Part shown: piece by piece, positions 1 through 10,150 of the stretch
Layout of the letters: each line of letters begins with the position of its first letter
Position numbering within the stretch: position 1 is the stretch's first letter
From: Candidatus Roizmanbacteria bacterium
GTDB taxonomy: Bacteria > Patescibacteriota > Microgenomatia > UBA1406 > GWC2-37-13
DNA length: 64,000 nucleotides
Assembly (NCBI GenBank): GCA_016201695.1
Contig: JACQCK010000044.1
Coordinates: forward strand, 27-64,026
Reading direction: 5' to 3'
Position numbers and translations under genes: made by a program
The notes under the pieces: model-generated
Databases searched by the model: none
What the model was told of the DNA's origin: nothing
The model's input: only the letters and a program-made list of their open reading frames with translations

Positions 1-115
1 TTATACACCAAACTTCCTGACCGCCGTCTGGGTTGGCAATAATGATGGTACGCCGATGAATCCTTATCTTACCTCCGGCATTACCGGTGCTGCTCCTATT
101 TGGAATCGGGTGATG
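1..115. repeat. Left copy of a perfect inverted repeat (partner 63392-63506)
   Basis: nt 1-115 is the exact reverse complement of 63392-63506; first mismatch at 116/63391; may extend beyond the window edge. Confidence 0.95.
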
Positions 116-424
116 ACGTATACGCTCAAAGATCAACCCGACCTCTGGCCGATTAAATCCGATGCCATCATCGGCCGTACTGTCTGTAACGACACCGGCT
201 CACCAGCGACTAAGGACGCTGACGGCAAGGATTCCTGCCCGAGTCATTTCGAGTACTTTATTAAGGGTACCGAAAACTTTCCCGGCCTGGCGGTAAAACG
301 CGAAGTCGTGCCGGTAACCGCCGACGACAAACTCGCCAAGCCAGGCGACCCGGGCGTTGAAATGAAAGAGAAAACTATTCTTCGCGACCGGTGGTCTATG
401 TACTGTGTCGACTGCGCGCATTAG
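2..424 (+). CDS. Class A penicillin-binding protein (PBP1A-like), 3' fragment cut by the window edge
   Basis: Frame open from nt 2: YTPNFLTAVWVGNNDGTPMNPYLTSGITGAAPIWNRVM, the typical end of an aPBP transpeptidase domain, then a Cys-containing tail. Confidence 0.85.
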   Translation, partial: YTPNFLTAVWVGNNDGTPMNPYLTSGITGAAPIWNRVMTYTLKDQPDLWPIKSDAIIGRTVCNDTGSPATKDADGKDSCPSHFEYFIKGTENFPGLAVKREVVPVTADDKLAKPGDPGVEMKEKTILRDRWSMYCVDCAH

Positions 425-1227
425 CAATCAAATATCAGACTTAAGCAGGTGATTCCGCCGTCGGCTTTTTCAAACTCGTCCATCGGCGTTTTAAGAACTT
501 TGTATCCATAACTTTTAAGCGTCCGTTCGGTTCCGAAAAAACCTTGGGGCATAAGAATAATTTTATTATAAGAGATCACGTTCACGGCATAATTTTCGTG
601 GTTCGGTACTTTTAACATTTCCAGATGATATTTTTTTTGAAATTGTTTTATCTTTTCGTCGGCAAGCGCTGAAACTAAAAATATTTTATCCCCCAAATAA
701 CTTATACCGGTAAGCAGATGAAGACATTTGCTCACCGGAACAGAATATACTTCGTAACCGTGCCGATTATAAAATGACTTAACAATTTCAAATCCAGGCG
801 TATTTGTTCTTTTTGAAATGCCGACCCACGCTTTTTTGATGTCGCCGGTAACCATGACATCGCCCCCGTCACAAAATCCTGCCGTCATTTTATATGACTT
901 TAAACCGAACTGGGTAAGTTTTTTAGCAATCTGTTTATATTCTCCCCGACGTGAAGGCGCGAATTGATTGGTTATCAAAAACTCGTTCTCACAAATGAGG
1001 ACCGGGTCCTGGACAAAACACCCATCCGGATACGACTCGTCCGCCGGTAACTCGACAACCCCGATCATCATTTTTTTTAAGCTGTTTACGTACTGTTTGT
1101 GCTGTTTGATCGCTTCATGATAATTAATTGTCCTGTTGGTATTATAGTTACCTTTAGCATACCAGTCATTAATCGCCGTGACATAAGATTTACTTGGCGG
1201 TCTGCCAATCGCGAATTTTTTTTTCAT
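421..1227 (-). CDS. Dimethylarginine dimethylaminohydrolase-like protein (amidinotransferase/pentein fold)
   Basis: Motifs PDGCFVQDP, RRGE, DGGDV, CLHLLT and C-terminal EFEKADGGITCLS; start overlaps the argG stop (ATGA). Confidence 0.85.
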   Translation of the reverse strand: MKKKFAIGRPPSKSYVTAINDWYAKGNYNTNRTINYHEAIKQHKQYVNSLKKMMIGVVELPADESYPDGCFVQDPVLICENEFLITNQFAPSRRGEYKQIAKKLTQFGLKSYKMTAGFCDGGDVMVTGDIKKAWVGISKRTNTPGFEIVKSFYNRHGYEVYSVPVSKCLHLLTGISYLGDKIFLVSALADEKIKQFQKKYHLEMLKVPNHENYAVNVISYNKIILMPQGFFGTERTLKSYGYKVLKTPMDEFEKADGGITCLSLIFDC

Positions 1228-2467
1228 ATCTTGATTTGGTTTGCCAGTTTCATCTGTAATGAATAAACTTCGATAAACCCGGCACTCGCGTTCACATTAT
1301 AATTGTAGCCTCCGGTCGTAAACGAGGTGTGATTCAGACCATAGGGCGATGTCACCGCCACGACATCAGCTTTTCCTTTAAATAATTTTACCGTGACTTT
1401 GCCGGTCACCTTTTCGTTTACTTTATCGTTAAAGGCATTGATCGCGGTCATCACCGGGTCATACCATAAAGCTCCGTAACAAAGATACGCCCACTTTACG
1501 TCAAGCGTTTGTTTCAACTCGTTAAGTTGGCGGGTGCTGACATAATTTTCAAGCGTTTTATGGGCCTGAATAATGACGTGCGCCGCCGGCAACTCGTATA
1601 CGCCACGGTTTTTCAGCCCAACCAGGCGGTCTTCCAAAAGATGGACAACGCCGACTCCATGTTTACCGGCCATATTATTTAACTTTAAAATCACGATGAA
1701 AGTTTCATCTTTTTGTCGTTTACGGCCACGGGAATTCCTTTCTCAAATTGCAAAGTGATAATTTCCTCCTTTGCCGGCGCCTTGGCTGGAAGAGTATAGG
1801 TCGTGAGGAACCGCTCAATAAGCGGCACCACGTGAAAGTCTTCGATCTCTCCTCCTTCCCACGTCATCCCCCACATATTGTCGTCGACGCTGTAAGGAAA
1901 ATCCAAAGAGACGGGGACCGGAATTTTGTTTTTTTCGGCATATTTTATCTCCTCATTTCTATCCATTCCCCATTCACGAACCGGAGCGATGATTTTAACC
2001 TCTGGATTTAAGGTCAAAATATATCCGTCGATGCGGACCTGGTCGTTACCCTTCCCGGTGCATCCGTGAGCAATTGCGTCTGCGCCTTCTTTTTTGGCAT
2101 ATTCAACCGCCGTTTTTGCTAAAATAGCACGCCCCATCGGCGTTGAAAGGTGATAGTCTCCTTGATAACACGCATTCGCTTTAATTCCTTTTACCAGGAA
2201 TTGTTTAGCGAATTCTTCTTTTACGTCTGCGGTTATCGCTTTCACCGCGCCGAACTTTAACGCTTTTTTCTTGACGGCTTTTAGGTCATCATGTTGCTGA
2301 CCGAGATCAAGAGTAAGGGCAATAACCGCGGCTTTATATTCATCTTGAATCCATTTAAGCATGACTGAGGTATCGAGGCCTCCTGAATAAAGCAGTAATA
2401 CTTTTTTAACTTCCCCTACTTTGGCTTCGTACGAGGATGATTTGATGTAATTTGTTTTGGTTTTCAT
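1224..2467 (-). pseudogene. argG: Argininosuccinate synthase, copy 1, split by a 1-nt frameshift near 1693
   Basis: LYSGGLDTS and HGCTGKGNDQVR in 1691-2467; EDRLVGLKNRGVYELPAA in 1224-1694; adding one base at TCATCG^TGATT restores KLSSLILKLN. Could be a sequence error. Confidence 0.85.
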
Positions 2468-2520
2468 AAATAAAATAATAATTAATAAATCCTGATCGAT
2501 TTAATTGCGCCTGTATTTTT

Positions 2521-3873
2521 TCATAGACTTTGAGTTAACTTGGATAATGCCTTCTTAAAATTACTTTCTTCTTTCTGCCACCACTTTTTTTCACAATAAA
2601 CACTTCTTTCTACTCGTGAAAGTCCGAGGTTTCCCGGCGCGCCTTCATGATTTGTTTCGGCAAGTACTTCTTTCGCCTCGAACATTGGGTAATTAGGACT
2701 CATCGCGCCTATTTTCTTGTACGCATCACGAAACGGCAGTCCTTCTTTAACCAATTTATAGGCGGCGTAAGTTGAGAACATTTCTGGCGTCATCGCTTTT
2801 GCCAAAACTTTTTTGCTTGGAAGCAAAGATGCTATCATCAAGGAACAAACAGCCAACGAGCTCTTTGTAATCTGAATTGAGTTAATAAACAGTTTCTTTG
2901 TTTACTGAAAATCAGCATTATAGCCGGACGGGAGACCAGAAGAAATTACCGCTACTGCATTGGTGTTATTTAAAACTATCTGCGCACGCGCTCGTAAGAT
3001 TTCCATGACGTCGACGTTTTTTTTCTGCGGCATAATACTCGATCCCGTGCAAAGCTCGGCGGGTAGGGTAAAAAAATTAAACTCTGCAGTCGTAAAAAGA
3101 AGGACGTCTTCGGCGAATCGAGATAAAGTAAGCATTATCTGACAAAGTGCCTGCATTAAAGCAAGGTGAGACTTCGGGCGTGACACTTGTGCGTATAAAA
3201 CATTGTTCTGGACCTTGGCAAATCCAAGAAGCTTGCTTGTGAGAGCTCTATCTATTGGAAGCGGAACTCCATACGCCGCGCCTGACCCAAGCGGTGATTG
3301 ATCGTTGATATGATAGGCTGTTTTTAACAAAACCAAATCATCAAGGCCACTTTCGGCAAAACTACCGGCCCAGGTGCCAACCGAAGACGGCATGGCTTTT
3401 TGCATGTGTGTGTATCCCGGCATCGGCAGAAACTCATATTTTTTAGCAAACTTTAAGCATTTTTCGATAAATTTAAACATTCCTTCGGCAATAGAATAAA
3501 CTCCGTCTTTGGCAAAAAGACGCAAATCAACCTGTATCTGATCGTTTCGACTTCGGCCGGTATGTAATTTTTTACCGGCTTCACCCATTTTTGTTGTCAG
3601 AACGTATTCTATTTTTGTATGAACATCTTCGTCACCATAAGAAACTTCAAACTGTCCGAACTTTTGCAGATTGATTACTTCGTTGAGTCCCTTTTGCAGG
3701 ACTTTGAATTCTTTTTCCGTCAAAATGCCAATTTTCCAAAGCATGTAAGCATGCGCAATTGATCCCACCGCGTCATAAAAGACGAGTTCGTTGTCGAGTC
3801 CAACATTCTCACCGGAAGTATAGGTTTCAACAACTTCGTTTAATTTTATTCCTTTCTCCCAAAGTTTTTTCAT
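2521..3873 (-). pseudogene. argH: Argininosuccinate lyase with an in-frame TAA at 2902-2904
   Basis: HTGRSRNDQ, MPGYTHMQ, GSSIMPQKKN, LPSGYNADFQ*TKKLF; same frame continues to 2521 (GLPFRDAYK). Confidence 0.88.
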
Positions 3874-3896
3874 ATCTGTATTTCAATTTTTAACCC

Positions 3897-3926
3897 AAAA
3901 AAAAGCCCCGCCTGTCAGCGGGGTTT
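3897..3926 (-). terminator. Intrinsic terminator-like hairpin in the argH leader
   Basis: Minus strand AAACCCCGC-TGACAG-GCGGGGC followed by T8, 23 nt before the argH ATG. Confidence 0.75.
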
Positions 3927-3960
3927 GTAATACCAATAGACATTTAGTCCATAATACTAC

Positions 3961-4008
3961 CTACCATGCTATTTTCCTCAAATTAGTGGTGGCCGATAGA
4001 ATAAACAT
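3961..4008 (-). CDS. Putative 15-aa leader peptide MFILSATTNLRKIAW
   Basis: ATG 6 nt downstream of TATAAT; lies between the promoter and the terminator upstream of argH. Confidence 0.45.
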   Translation of the reverse strand: MFILSATTNLRKIAW

Positions 4009-4014
4009 AACTTG

Positions 4015-4042
4015 ATTATAGCATAAGTTATACTCTTTGCAA
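4015..4042 (-). promoter_or_regulatory. Sigma70-type promoter of the argH operon
   Basis: TTGCAA-16 nt-TATAAT with an extended -10 TG. Confidence 0.65.
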
Positions 4043-4069
4043 CTAGAATTTTAGGCACAGTTCCTTTGA

Positions 4070-4098
4070 TTGACAAAAAACACCCGATCCTTTACAAT
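4070..4098 (+). promoter_or_regulatory. Sigma70-type promoter of the RmlC-like gene
   Basis: TTGACA-17 nt-TACAAT, 9 nt before ATG 4108. Confidence 0.7.
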
Positions 4099-4107
4099 GT
4101 CAGCTAT

Positions 4108-4656
4108 ATGAAGGATCTGACCCAAGAGGACATTCTTGATTCGCTTAAGGGAAAAATCTATACCCAAAATTACGTCACTCAACCGGCCATTAAAGGAGTG
4201 AAGATCGTTGAACTCAAGAACCACGTTAGTGAAGACGGCGATTTTTATGAGATTATATCCTTTAAACACGGAAAAAACGAGTATTTTCCTGATTTTGAAG
4301 TAACACAAATCAATCGTAGCCGGATGCCTCCCCATTCGATAAAAGCCTGGCACCTTCATTTTTCGCAAGATGAGGTCTGGCATATTCCTCCGGAGATCCG
4401 CCTTTTGGTGGGCTTATGGGATATTAGAAAGGCCTCGGAAACTAAGGACGTAAAAATGAGATTTGTACTCGGCGGTGGTACACCTCATCTAATCTACATT
4501 CCCAAAGGTATTGCACACGGTTCTCATAATTTATCCGGCGAGACAGCCGGAATCATTTATTTCATGAACCAAAAATTTAATAAGGCAGAACCCGACGAAA
4601 AACGGATTAGCTGGGACATACTCGGTACCCACTTCTGGTTACCGCAGCGGGATTAA
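4108..4656 (+). CDS. dTDP-4-dehydrorhamnose 3,5-epimerase (RmlC) family cupin
   Basis: IKAWHLH, GLWDIRKASET, LIYIPKGIAHG; start moved to ATG 4108 because the promoter overlaps the longer ORF start. Confidence 0.8.
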   Translation: MKDLTQEDILDSLKGKIYTQNYVTQPAIKGVKIVELKNHVSEDGDFYEIISFKHGKNEYFPDFEVTQINRSRMPPHSIKAWHLHFSQDEVWHIPPEIRLLVGLWDIRKASETKDVKMRFVLGGGTPHLIYIPKGIAHGSHNLSGETAGIIYFMNQKFNKAEPDEKRISWDILGTHFWLPQRD

Positions 4657-4659
4657 TAA

Positions 4660-5838
4660 ATGGTAAAAAAGCTCATCGTCTTCTTCATAAAGTGGCGTTT
4701 GATTCTGTTTCTTATAGTGTTTTTGGCAGCCAAACTTATACCGGCTTCGACGTTGCTGCGGACATTTAACGCCGAAAGCCGCTTTATTGAACGCTTCCCT
4801 TATCTGTTGTGGGTCTGGGGTAACTATGACGGCGCTTTTTATCTTGGGATCGCCGAGCGGGGATATTTTACCTATGAACACGCGTTTTTCCCGCTTTATC
4901 CGCTATGCATTCATATCCTTAGTACTTTGCTAAGTATTCCTCTTTTGCTATCGGCCCAACTGATTTCTAATCTATCCTTACTTATCGCTTTATTTTTTCT
5001 TTATAAAACACTGCGGGTTGACAATAAAGAATCGCTTTTTGAATTGATGCTGTTTATTATTTTTATTTTCCCGACTTCTTTTTATTATGCGGCCGTTTAT
5101 AACGACTCACTGTTTTTTCTACTCGCCACTGCCTGTATTTATTTTGGCCGAAGAAATAAGTGGCTGACGAGTTCGGTATTAGCCGCTCTGGCGACGCTCG
5201 CCCGCCTTAACGGGTTGGCCCTTTTTTTCTTTTTGCTTTTGGAATATGCTTACAAAGGTCAAACGGACCTGAGGACGTGGGACAGGCAAAAATTAAAAGC
5301 CGCTTATCAATCGCTCTTTAAAAAACTATTTTCCGGTAAATTAGCCCTGATGACGTTTTTTTTTATTCCCGCTGCTTTCATTGGCTATCTTGTCTATACG
5401 CATATTGCTTTTGGCAGTTGGAGTATGGTCTTTACTTCGATGAAAGTGTGGAACCAGGATCGAGTCATTTTCCCCCCCCAGGTCGTCTGGAGGTATTTGA
5501 AAATATTATTCCTCTTTCCGTCTTTTCATCTGAATTATTTCATCGCCGCCTTCGAATTTAGTAACGTACTCTACTATCTATTTTTTCTGTTTTACTCATT
5601 TAAAAAAATACGGCTTTCGTATTGGATTTTTTTTGCTTTATCAATTCTTATTCCTTCGCTTACGGGCACTTTTCAAGGCATGCCGCGTTACGGCTTACAC
5701 TTATATCCGTTATTTTTATCCGTTACTCTTTTTTTACGAAGTAGATCCAAGTTATTTTTAGCAATTTATTTTCTGATATCCGGACTTTTCTTATTGATGG
5801 CGCTTTCTTTATTCAGCCGCGGATATTTTGTTGCCTGA
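4660..5838 (+). CDS. GT-C membrane glycosyltransferase (PIG-V-like mannosyltransferase)
   Basis: WGNYDGAFYLGIAERGY, AFFPLYP, multiple TM helices. Confidence 0.75.
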   Translation: MVKKLIVFFIKWRLILFLIVFLAAKLIPASTLLRTFNAESRFIERFPYLLWVWGNYDGAFYLGIAERGYFTYEHAFFPLYPLCIHILSTLLSIPLLLSAQLISNLSLLIALFFLYKTLRVDNKESLFELMLFIIFIFPTSFYYAAVYNDSLFFLLATACIYFGRRNKWLTSSVLAALATLARLNGLALFFFLLLEYAYKGQTDLRTWDRQKLKAAYQSLFKKLFSGKLALMTFFFIPAAFIGYLVYTHIAFGSWSMVFTSMKVWNQDRVIFPPQVVWRYLKILFLFPSFHLNYFIAAFEFSNVLYYLFFLFYSFKKIRLSYWIFFALSILIPSLTGTFQGMPRYGLHLYPLFLSVTLFLRSRSKLFLAIYFLISGLFLLMALSLFSRGYFVA

Positions 5839-5839
5839 T

Positions 5840-7009
5840 ATGCGAAAATTAGCCAGCCTCACTATTGTCTTGCCGTTTTTCAATGATGCCGAGACAGTGG
5901 CTTTACAAATAAACGACGCCTATTCTTATGGAAAACTGATCGCCCATAAACTCCGGGTTATCGCCCTACATGGCGGTCCTTCCCAAGACTCTACTTTGAC
6001 GGAAATTATCAGGCAAAAGAAGAGTCATCCCGATCTAAAAATTATTGATAAAAAAAACAATACGGAAGGATACGCCGTTATTAAATACGGGCTGGCGGCG
6101 GCAACAACCGATTGGGTATTTTATACCGACGGCGACCGGCAGTATCACTTGTCAGACTTGGCAAAGTTGGTAAAAAAACAGAACGAAACCGGAGCGGACG
6201 TAGTAAACGGGTATAAAGCTTACCGGCGTGACGGCTTCGTTCGCACCGTCCTAGGCGAAGGATATCGTCGCCTTACCTGCTTGCTCTACCAGCTGCCTAT
6301 TCATGACCTTGACTGTGACTTTCGCCTTATAAAAACACGCCTTCTTAAAAAAATAATACTGCAAAGCCATAACGGTGCTATTTTGCCGGAAATGATAAAA
6401 AAGCTGGAGTGGGCTGGTGCGAGCTTTGCCGAAATATCAGTAAAACACTATCCGCGTATTTATGGCCGTTCAAACTACTCGCCGGTCGCCCTTACAATTG
6501 AGCTTATCAAAGGCAACTTTGTGATGTTTTTTCGGTTGCGGGCGTATCGTTATTGTATATCACTCCTGATCAATTTTCTGACTGTAATCGCTTTTTTTGT
6601 TTTAGTCTTAAATGTTTTTAGCTTGCATCTCTATTTCTCCAATCAACAAATCCCCTCGCTTTCGCAAACGAACGTCCAATTTTCCTATCGTGTTTCTCGG
6701 ATAGTTGACGTTTGGCGCTCTTCCAAAAATCTGAAACCGTATACGATTGACCAATCACTGTGCGACATAGCACTACACCGACTTAATAATTTTCGCAAAA
6801 ATGACCTCTTTCAATTACTGTATCTTCGCGACGACGATTTAAAGGGTGACACATATGACGCGATATCACCCCGATTGACAACGCCGCAACAAGTATTAGA
6901 TTATTGGCTAGGCCAGAAGAATTTTTTTGAGCGATTGAAAACTAACTTTAAGTTCTCCTGCATAAAATGCACCGATCTCAACTGTGTTCAAGTTGTCGGC
7001 AACTTTTAA
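5840..7009 (+). CDS. GT2 glycosyltransferase (DPM1-like) with a TM helix and a C-terminal CAP/SCP-like extension
   Basis: FYTDGDRQY, DLDCDFRL; tail DQSLCDIALHR...QQVLDYWL...FSCIKC. Confidence 0.7.
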   Translation: MRKLASLTIVLPFFNDAETVALQINDAYSYGKLIAHKLRVIALHGGPSQDSTLTEIIRQKKSHPDLKIIDKKNNTEGYAVIKYGLAAATTDWVFYTDGDRQYHLSDLAKLVKKQNETGADVVNGYKAYRRDGFVRTVLGEGYRRLTCLLYQLPIHDLDCDFRLIKTRLLKKIILQSHNGAILPEMIKKLEWAGASFAEISVKHYPRIYGRSNYSPVALTIELIKGNFVMFFRLRAYRYCISLLINFLTVIAFFVLVLNVFSLHLYFSNQQIPSLSQTNVQFSYRVSRIVDVWRSSKNLKPYTIDQSLCDIALHRLNNFRKNDLFQLLYLRDDDLKGDTYDAISPRLTTPQQVLDYWLGQKNFFERLKTNFKFSCIKCTDLNCVQVVGNF

Positions 7010-7036
7010 ATAGCCTATAATATGATATAATGTTGT

Positions 7037-7681
7037 ATGGTTCTGGAAGCTCGTTTTTTTCAAAAATTACTACGTGATCCGTCGCTGATATTAATTTTAA
7101 GCAGTTTTCCCAAAGATACCGGTGTACTGAATATGATCGCCGCAATGATGATGTATGGCGGTGAATATGTACAAAAACATGTCGAGCTATTAGCCTCTCT
7201 CCCTGATCCGCAATCACGAAGTTACGCCAATGTCCCCACCTGGAGCTATGCCGATTTTCGCTCCGGCCCAACCGATATTTTTACTAATGGGGCGACGCTT
7301 TGCACGATACAAGTATTGAATAATCAAACCGTAGTTCACGAGCCACATTTTTGGACAATCACTGATATACAAAACCGCGACAACACCCATTTAATAAAGA
7401 TGGGGAAGCTTTTATTAACCTACCTTATTGAGAAAAGCCTACCATTACCGGATATCAAAACGGTGGAAATATATCCGGGTGAGGGTTGGACCGATAAGTT
7501 GATGCCTAACCTCGCAAGTACGGCTTCTTCCCTTTATGGAGCACAAAAAATTACCGTGCACCCTCCTGGCGATTATATTGTTTGGTTGTCTCAACTCCCC
7601 AGCAATCCGGAAAAAGCGGCCTTGATTGCGGTTAAACCATCCCAAAACAGTTCCAGTTTTCGATTGGTCAACCGACTGTAA
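7037..7681 (+). CDS. Hypothetical protein
   Basis: 214-aa ORF with TATAAT 5 nt upstream of the ATG; no recognised motif. Confidence 0.55.
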   Translation: MVLEARFFQKLLRDPSLILILSSFPKDTGVLNMIAAMMMYGGEYVQKHVELLASLPDPQSRSYANVPTWSYADFRSGPTDIFTNGATLCTIQVLNNQTVVHEPHFWTITDIQNRDNTHLIKMGKLLLTYLIEKSLPLPDIKTVEIYPGEGWTDKLMPNLASTASSLYGAQKITVHPPGDYIVWLSQLPSNPEKAALIAVKPSQNSSSFRLVNRL

Positions 7682-7682
7682 G

Positions 7683-7754
7683 TGCCAGCGAGAGGAGTCG
7701 AACCTCTGACCGCGGACTTATGAAATCCTCGCTCTGCCACTGAGCTACGCTGGC
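7683..7754 (-). tRNA. tRNA with CAT anticodon (elongator Met or Ile2); CCA not encoded
   Basis: Acceptor GCCAGCG/CGCTGGC, D-arm GCTC/GAGC, loop TTCATAA, T-arm AGAGG-TTCGACT-CCTCT; G1-C72 pair argues against an initiator tRNA. Confidence 0.9.
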
Positions 7755-7791
7755 TTCTTGCTGATAGTATGTGATATTATAATATATACGC

Positions 7792-8691
7792 GTGACCAAA
7801 CCAACCCTTTCCATTGTTGTTGTTTCTTATAATACCGCCGAAACTACACGCACCTGCCTTGTCTCTATTCAAAAATCACTGGCGGCGACAACCATCGCCT
7901 ACGAAATCATTGTTGTTGACAATAATTCCCAGGACGAAACAAAAGCCGGACTTAAAAAAATATCGGCGAGCTTTCCGCAGCTCCAAATCATCGTCAATAC
8001 GGAAAATGTTGGTTTCGGTAAAGCCAACAACCAAGGCGCGTCCCGCGCCAAAGGCGAGTATCTTCTTTTTCTTAATTCCGATACCGAAGTTTTAAACGAC
8101 GCCATAACAAAAATCTTTACTTATTATCGTCAACACCAAACGGCTATCCATTTTTTAGGCGGAAGACTCCTCAACCCCGACCGTACCCCCCAACCGTCTT
8201 GCGGCCCGTTCTATACGCTGCCGGTTGTATTCGGCGCCCTGTTTCTCAAAGGTGATTACTGGGGCCTGACGCGTTCTTCGCCTAGTCGGGCCAGAACGGT
8301 CGACTGGGTATCCGGAGCCTGCCTTCTGACAAAAAAAGAATATTTCGAAACGTTGAGTGGATTTGACGAAGGAATTTTTATGTATATGGAAGAAATCGAT
8401 TTACTCTACCGGGCAAAAAAAATTAACCTTAAAACGGCCTTTTATCCCGATGCACGCTTTATTCATATCGGATTTGCCTCAAGTGGTCAAAAAACATATC
8501 CGGTGATTCAGGTCTATCGTGGTTTTTTGTATTTTTACCACAAACATTACGGTCGTTTTTCTCTCTTCGTTTTGAAGAGTATGCTACAATTAAAAGCAGT
8601 ATTAGCAATTATTGTCGGGAAGATCCGCCGTAATGCATATCTGACGAAAACCTATGAACAGTCTTATGAAATTGTGGCGCTGGATCGATAA
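7792..8691 (+). CDS. GT2 family glycosyltransferase (rhamnosyltransferase-like)
   Basis: IIVVDNNSQD, NVGFGKANNQG, LFLNSDT, GFDEGIFMYMEEIDL. Confidence 0.88.
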   Translation: MTKPTLSIVVVSYNTAETTRTCLVSIQKSLAATTIAYEIIVVDNNSQDETKAGLKKISASFPQLQIIVNTENVGFGKANNQGASRAKGEYLLFLNSDTEVLNDAITKIFTYYRQHQTAIHFLGGRLLNPDRTPQPSCGPFYTLPVVFGALFLKGDYWGLTRSSPSRARTVDWVSGACLLTKKEYFETLSGFDEGIFMYMEEIDLLYRAKKINLKTAFYPDARFIHIGFASSGQKTYPVIQVYRGFLYFYHKHYGRFSLFVLKSMLQLKAVLAIIVGKIRRNAYLTKTYEQSYEIVALDR

Positions 8692-10150
8692 TAATCTTCT
8701 TACCCTTTTACTGGCCAGCTTCATCTTCATTATCCCGCTCTACCCCAAGTTCCCGCTGCGAGTCGTCAATTATACCTATGTCGCGATCCGGGTCGACGAT
8801 TTGTATGTCGGCCTACTGTATATTGTCTTTTTGTTGCAGCTTTTTCGGAAAAAAGTCCGTTTGAATACTCTTTTTTTAAAATTATTTATTCTCTTCTGGC
8901 TCGCTGTTTTTGCCTCATTTGTAGTCGGCGCGTATGTCTCCCACACGCTCGTGTACAAGCAGCTGGCCTTTTTTCATTCGCTTCGGCGAGTCGAGTATAT
9001 GGGTATTTTTTTTGTGGTACTTTCTTCAATCTTGTCGCCTAAACTTGCTAAAAAGCTTATCGATCTTCTTGTTGCCGTGCTTTTAATTGTTTGTATCTAC
9101 GGAATCGGCCAGAAGTTTTTTGGTTGGCCGGCGGTTCAGACGATGAATCCTGAATACGCCAAAGGATATTTATTGTTTTTGACGTCTGAAGCACGCATCT
9201 CCGCCACTTTTTCCGGCCACTACGATCTAGCCGCTTACCTCGTATTTTTAATTCCGCTCGTGTTGGGGCTGTACTTTGCTCACCAAAAAAAATGGTATTA
9301 TCTTACTTTTCTTTTGGCGTTTGGCACGCTCGTTCTGACGGCGGCCAGAAGCTCTTTTGTTGCTTATCTTATTACCATTATCGGCTTTCTCTTGGTTATT
9401 AAAAAACCAAAGCATCTCATCTTTATTCTCATTCTGACGGCGGTTCTGACACTTCTTAACAAAAATCTTAGTTCCCGGATCGCCCGAACATTTCAGGTTA
9501 AACAGATCTTTGTCAATGAGCAGACCGGCCAGGTAGTCGTTCCGCAGCGGATTTCGACCAAAGAGGTGCCGGCGGGCAGTTTTTACATCCCCATCAAACG
9601 CGATCACGGCTCGCCGACTGTCGACGATAGTTCGCTCGCTTTTGAACGGATACGCGCCGACCTCCGTGATGAATATGCCAAGAACCATAAGATTTTAACC
9701 AACAGTGAAGAAATACGTCTTGCGGCAACTATCGCCGCCGGCCTCAAACCCATCAACACCGTTGTCTCCGATATATCGTTCGCGACCCGCCTTCAGGTCG
9801 AGTGGCCGCGGGCAATCGGCGCCTTTTTGAAAAATCCGCTTTTTGGCACCGGTCCGTCTTCGATCACCGAGTCGACCGACAACGACTTTTTGCGCATGCT
9901 TGGCGAAGTTGGTCTCGCCGGCGGCCTTAGTTTTTTGGCGATTTTTATGGCCATTGTAAAATATCTGTCGGTGCATCTGCCGCCGAAGAGCGATCGCCGC
10001 CGCTCCATCTATCTCGGCTTTTTATTTGGCATCGGCGCCCTCGTTATTAACGCCGGATATATTGACGTATTTGAAGCGTCAAAAGTGGCCTACTATTTCT
10101 GGTTATCATCGGCCCTGATGATTGCCTCTCTGGCTAAAAATAACGTATGA
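8654..10150 (+). CDS. O-antigen ligase/polymerase-like membrane protein
   Basis: Many TM helices, RISATFSGHYDLAAYL, TAARSS, NPLFGTGP, DNDFLRMLGEVG. Confidence 0.75.
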   Translation: MNSLMKLWRWIDNNLLTLLLASFIFIIPLYPKFPLRVVNYTYVAIRVDDLYVGLLYIVFLLQLFRKKVRLNTLFLKLFILFWLAVFASFVVGAYVSHTLVYKQLAFFHSLRRVEYMGIFFVVLSSILSPKLAKKLIDLLVAVLLIVCIYGIGQKFFGWPAVQTMNPEYAKGYLLFLTSEARISATFSGHYDLAAYLVFLIPLVLGLYFAHQKKWYYLTFLLAFGTLVLTAARSSFVAYLITIIGFLLVIKKPKHLIFILILTAVLTLLNKNLSSRIARTFQVKQIFVNEQTGQVVVPQRISTKEVPAGSFYIPIKRDHGSPTVDDSSLAFERIRADLRDEYAKNHKILTNSEEIRLAATIAAGLKPINTVVSDISFATRLQVEWPRAIGAFLKNPLFGTGPSSITESTDNDFLRMLGEVGLAGGLSFLAIFMAIVKYLSVHLPPKSDRRRSIYLGFLFGIGALVINAGYIDVFEASKVAYYFWLSSALMIASLAKNNV

